A stretch of 63,751 nucleotides of DNA, filler included, from Octopus bimaculoides (Eukaryota): NCBI RefSeq assembly GCF_001194135.2. It is 7 parts of 6 records of this genome, joined end to end, with 100 filler letters (N's around TTAATTAATTAA, not from the genome) between each part and the next. Parts side by side here need not be neighbours in the genome. Positions count along the whole stretch, not along the records: positions 61,526 to 63,751 come from NC_068981.1; 6 more parts are not named here. One strand, given 5' to 3'. Below are positions 61,775-63,751 of this stretch, piece by piece. The notes below the pieces were generated by a model. That model saw only the letters and a list, made by a program, of their open reading frames with translations, was not told the DNA's origin and did not search any database. Position numbers and translations under genes: made by a program. How positions within the stretch are numbered: position 1 is the stretch's first letter; each line of letters starts with the position of its first letter.

Positions 61775-61811
<37 letters not shown>

Positions 61812-63459
61812 TCGTAACAACCATAGAAAACCGCCCAGAGGAGGGTCTATTGCTTGGCTAATAATCATCATCATTATCATCATCATCATCATCATCGTTG
61901 CTGTTTTCGTTGTTGTTAATGAAGTGGTTGGCAAGATTTGCAGGGTAGTTCACATAATGCGATATGTTATTTCACTGCGTTCAAAGTTAAAATCACTTTG
62001 GGTTGTACTTTGCTTTCTCTTTTCTTTCATCGATATACTAAGTACCACCAATATACTGAGATGTAATCAGCTGCATCTCTCCGTCCAAATCCAAAATGCT
62101 GTGCCTATAATAGAAATTTTTTTCTGTAATAGTAAAATCTTTTTTACAAAAATAAAGTGTGTTGGATTATTGTAATGCTAGTGTTCATTTGATTCTTTCT
62201 CGCCAAGATATGATCGATAGAGTCGATTATTGCGATATTTTTAACTCAGAACTAGAAGAATAAAAGTTAATGTAATATCTTTAATTTGACACTGTTTCAG
62301 TCATTTCCAATACTCTTGTCATTATATTAATGATTAACTTACAATATTAGCTGAACACCACAATTGTGTAAGAAACATGTATTGCTATTTAATACGCATC
62401 TACTACATGATTGGTAGTAATTTTATTGATTCTGCCTGCAGGAAAGGCAAATTCGAGCCTGGGAGCTTTGAACACGGGAAGTAAAACCGTTAGATGGAAT
62501 AATATAACAGCTTCATGCAGGTGCTTACCCGTAAACAGATACATGTCACAATTGTTCCCAATACTATTAAAATTATTGTAATTATTCCAAGCCAGACATA
62601 AAATTACAAATGAACAATTGCATAACTTTAAGTAAAATATGAAATTCAGTTATGAAATATTTATGTAAGGTTTTTGAACTAATAAATATTTCAGTTGATT
62701 TAAAAGACATCAAATTTACTTCATTTGTTAATTTCAGTGTTTTGATTATAAATCTTATCGGAAACTAATAGATATAGAATGTTAACTGTTAATTTTATTT
62801 AAACACAATTAAGCTCTATAAATGGAAAGACCGAGAATGATTATTTGACAATTAATTTTATTGATTATTTTAGTACTTATGCACATTCATTTTGTTCCCA
62901 TATCTACAGCTCACAGAAAATCATTCACATAAATCTTTGTATACTTTCTATTTTTTATCGGCTTCCAATATCACGATTTAAGAACTCATTCCAGTTTTCG
63001 AGTATTTGATGTCCACGCTTTCATCAATTCTTGTAGTAATCGAAATATTTGAGTATAACATTTTAAACCACACTAAATTAATTTAACCCAGACATAGAGC
63101 TAATTCTTCTTGATCATGGAACGACAATACGCCAGAAATCCTTCGGTTAGTATGGCAATACACAAACAATTATACTCCCTGCTATTCTCTACAGCAAATA
63201 TATTGCTTATATAGTTATTGTGTGCGCAGCAACTCGCTGTAAAGGATCATCGCTCCTGAAGTTCCTTGAAACACACTGGCCTCCAGTATAGGGAGTTTCG
63301 ACTGATTACACTCGAGCAAGCAAGCTGTTTCCAAGTATTTATGTTTTGTTAAAAGATTTGACATGAAAAATATATTGAAGCTTACATTCTCGTCTCCGAA
63401 AATAGCTGACCGTCACAGCTGTTAATTGCTGAGTGTTTCACATGTTTTGCATGTTATAT

Positions 63460-63751
63460 AAATCTATATAACAAAGCTCATCATCTGTGTGTCTGTACAT
63501 CTATAGGACAAAATGGAATAGAAGATGCATAAAAACAAAGTTTTCATGTAAACGTTTACGAGAACGGCGAATTCGTGATAATTATATAACTATAATGATC
63601 ACGAAATCGGCGATCTATAGTTCAGTCTGTTTTTAAAAGGTTAGCATCTTTGAAGGCTGCATTTCCGCGCATTCGGTAAAAATGTGTTTATTACGGTAGT
63701 TAACGTGAGGCATTCTTGTATAGTTATGCCCTTATATATATATATATATAT
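63460..63751 (+). mobile_element. Helitron-like non-autonomous repeat
   Basis: tctatataacaaagctc...tgtgtgtctg start; inverted homolog at 32640-32780. Confidence 0.5.

Noticed and set aside
322-62175. ORFs made of YI/IY, HT/CV, SL, poly-I/T/M and X runs
   Set aside because: They are translations of microsatellites and N gaps, not genes.

Overview
AT-rich, repeat-saturated eukaryotic scaffold with many N gaps. The SINE families look like those of a coleoid cephalopod, probably Octopus; this is recognition from memory, not a database result. I find no supportable host protein-coding exon, tRNA, rRNA or CRISPR array. The window holds at least four SINE families and decayed non-LTR retrotransposons (R4/Dong-type RLE elements, CR1/L2-type, L1/Tx1-type and two RTE families). 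It also holds three IS630-Tc1-mariner transposase families (DD34E, DD34D, DD37D), Helitron-like and MITE-like elements, and microsatellites. The best unexplained signal is a set of minimal type I hammerhead-ribozyme motifs of the Penelope-like/retrozyme type. Two of them sit in the arms of a ~190-bp inverted repeat (49799-50373), and the + copy has an intact catalytic core. Four further copies with unrelated stems lie at ~8.1, 22.2, 27.8 and 34.7 kb. Other notable observations are a 113-nt hairpin capping a minisatellite, a LINE/SINE shared 3' tail, a half-L1-like internally deleted element, and a sharply CpG-depleted domain near 57-60 kb. Coordinates and counts were read by eye and element boundaries are approximate.
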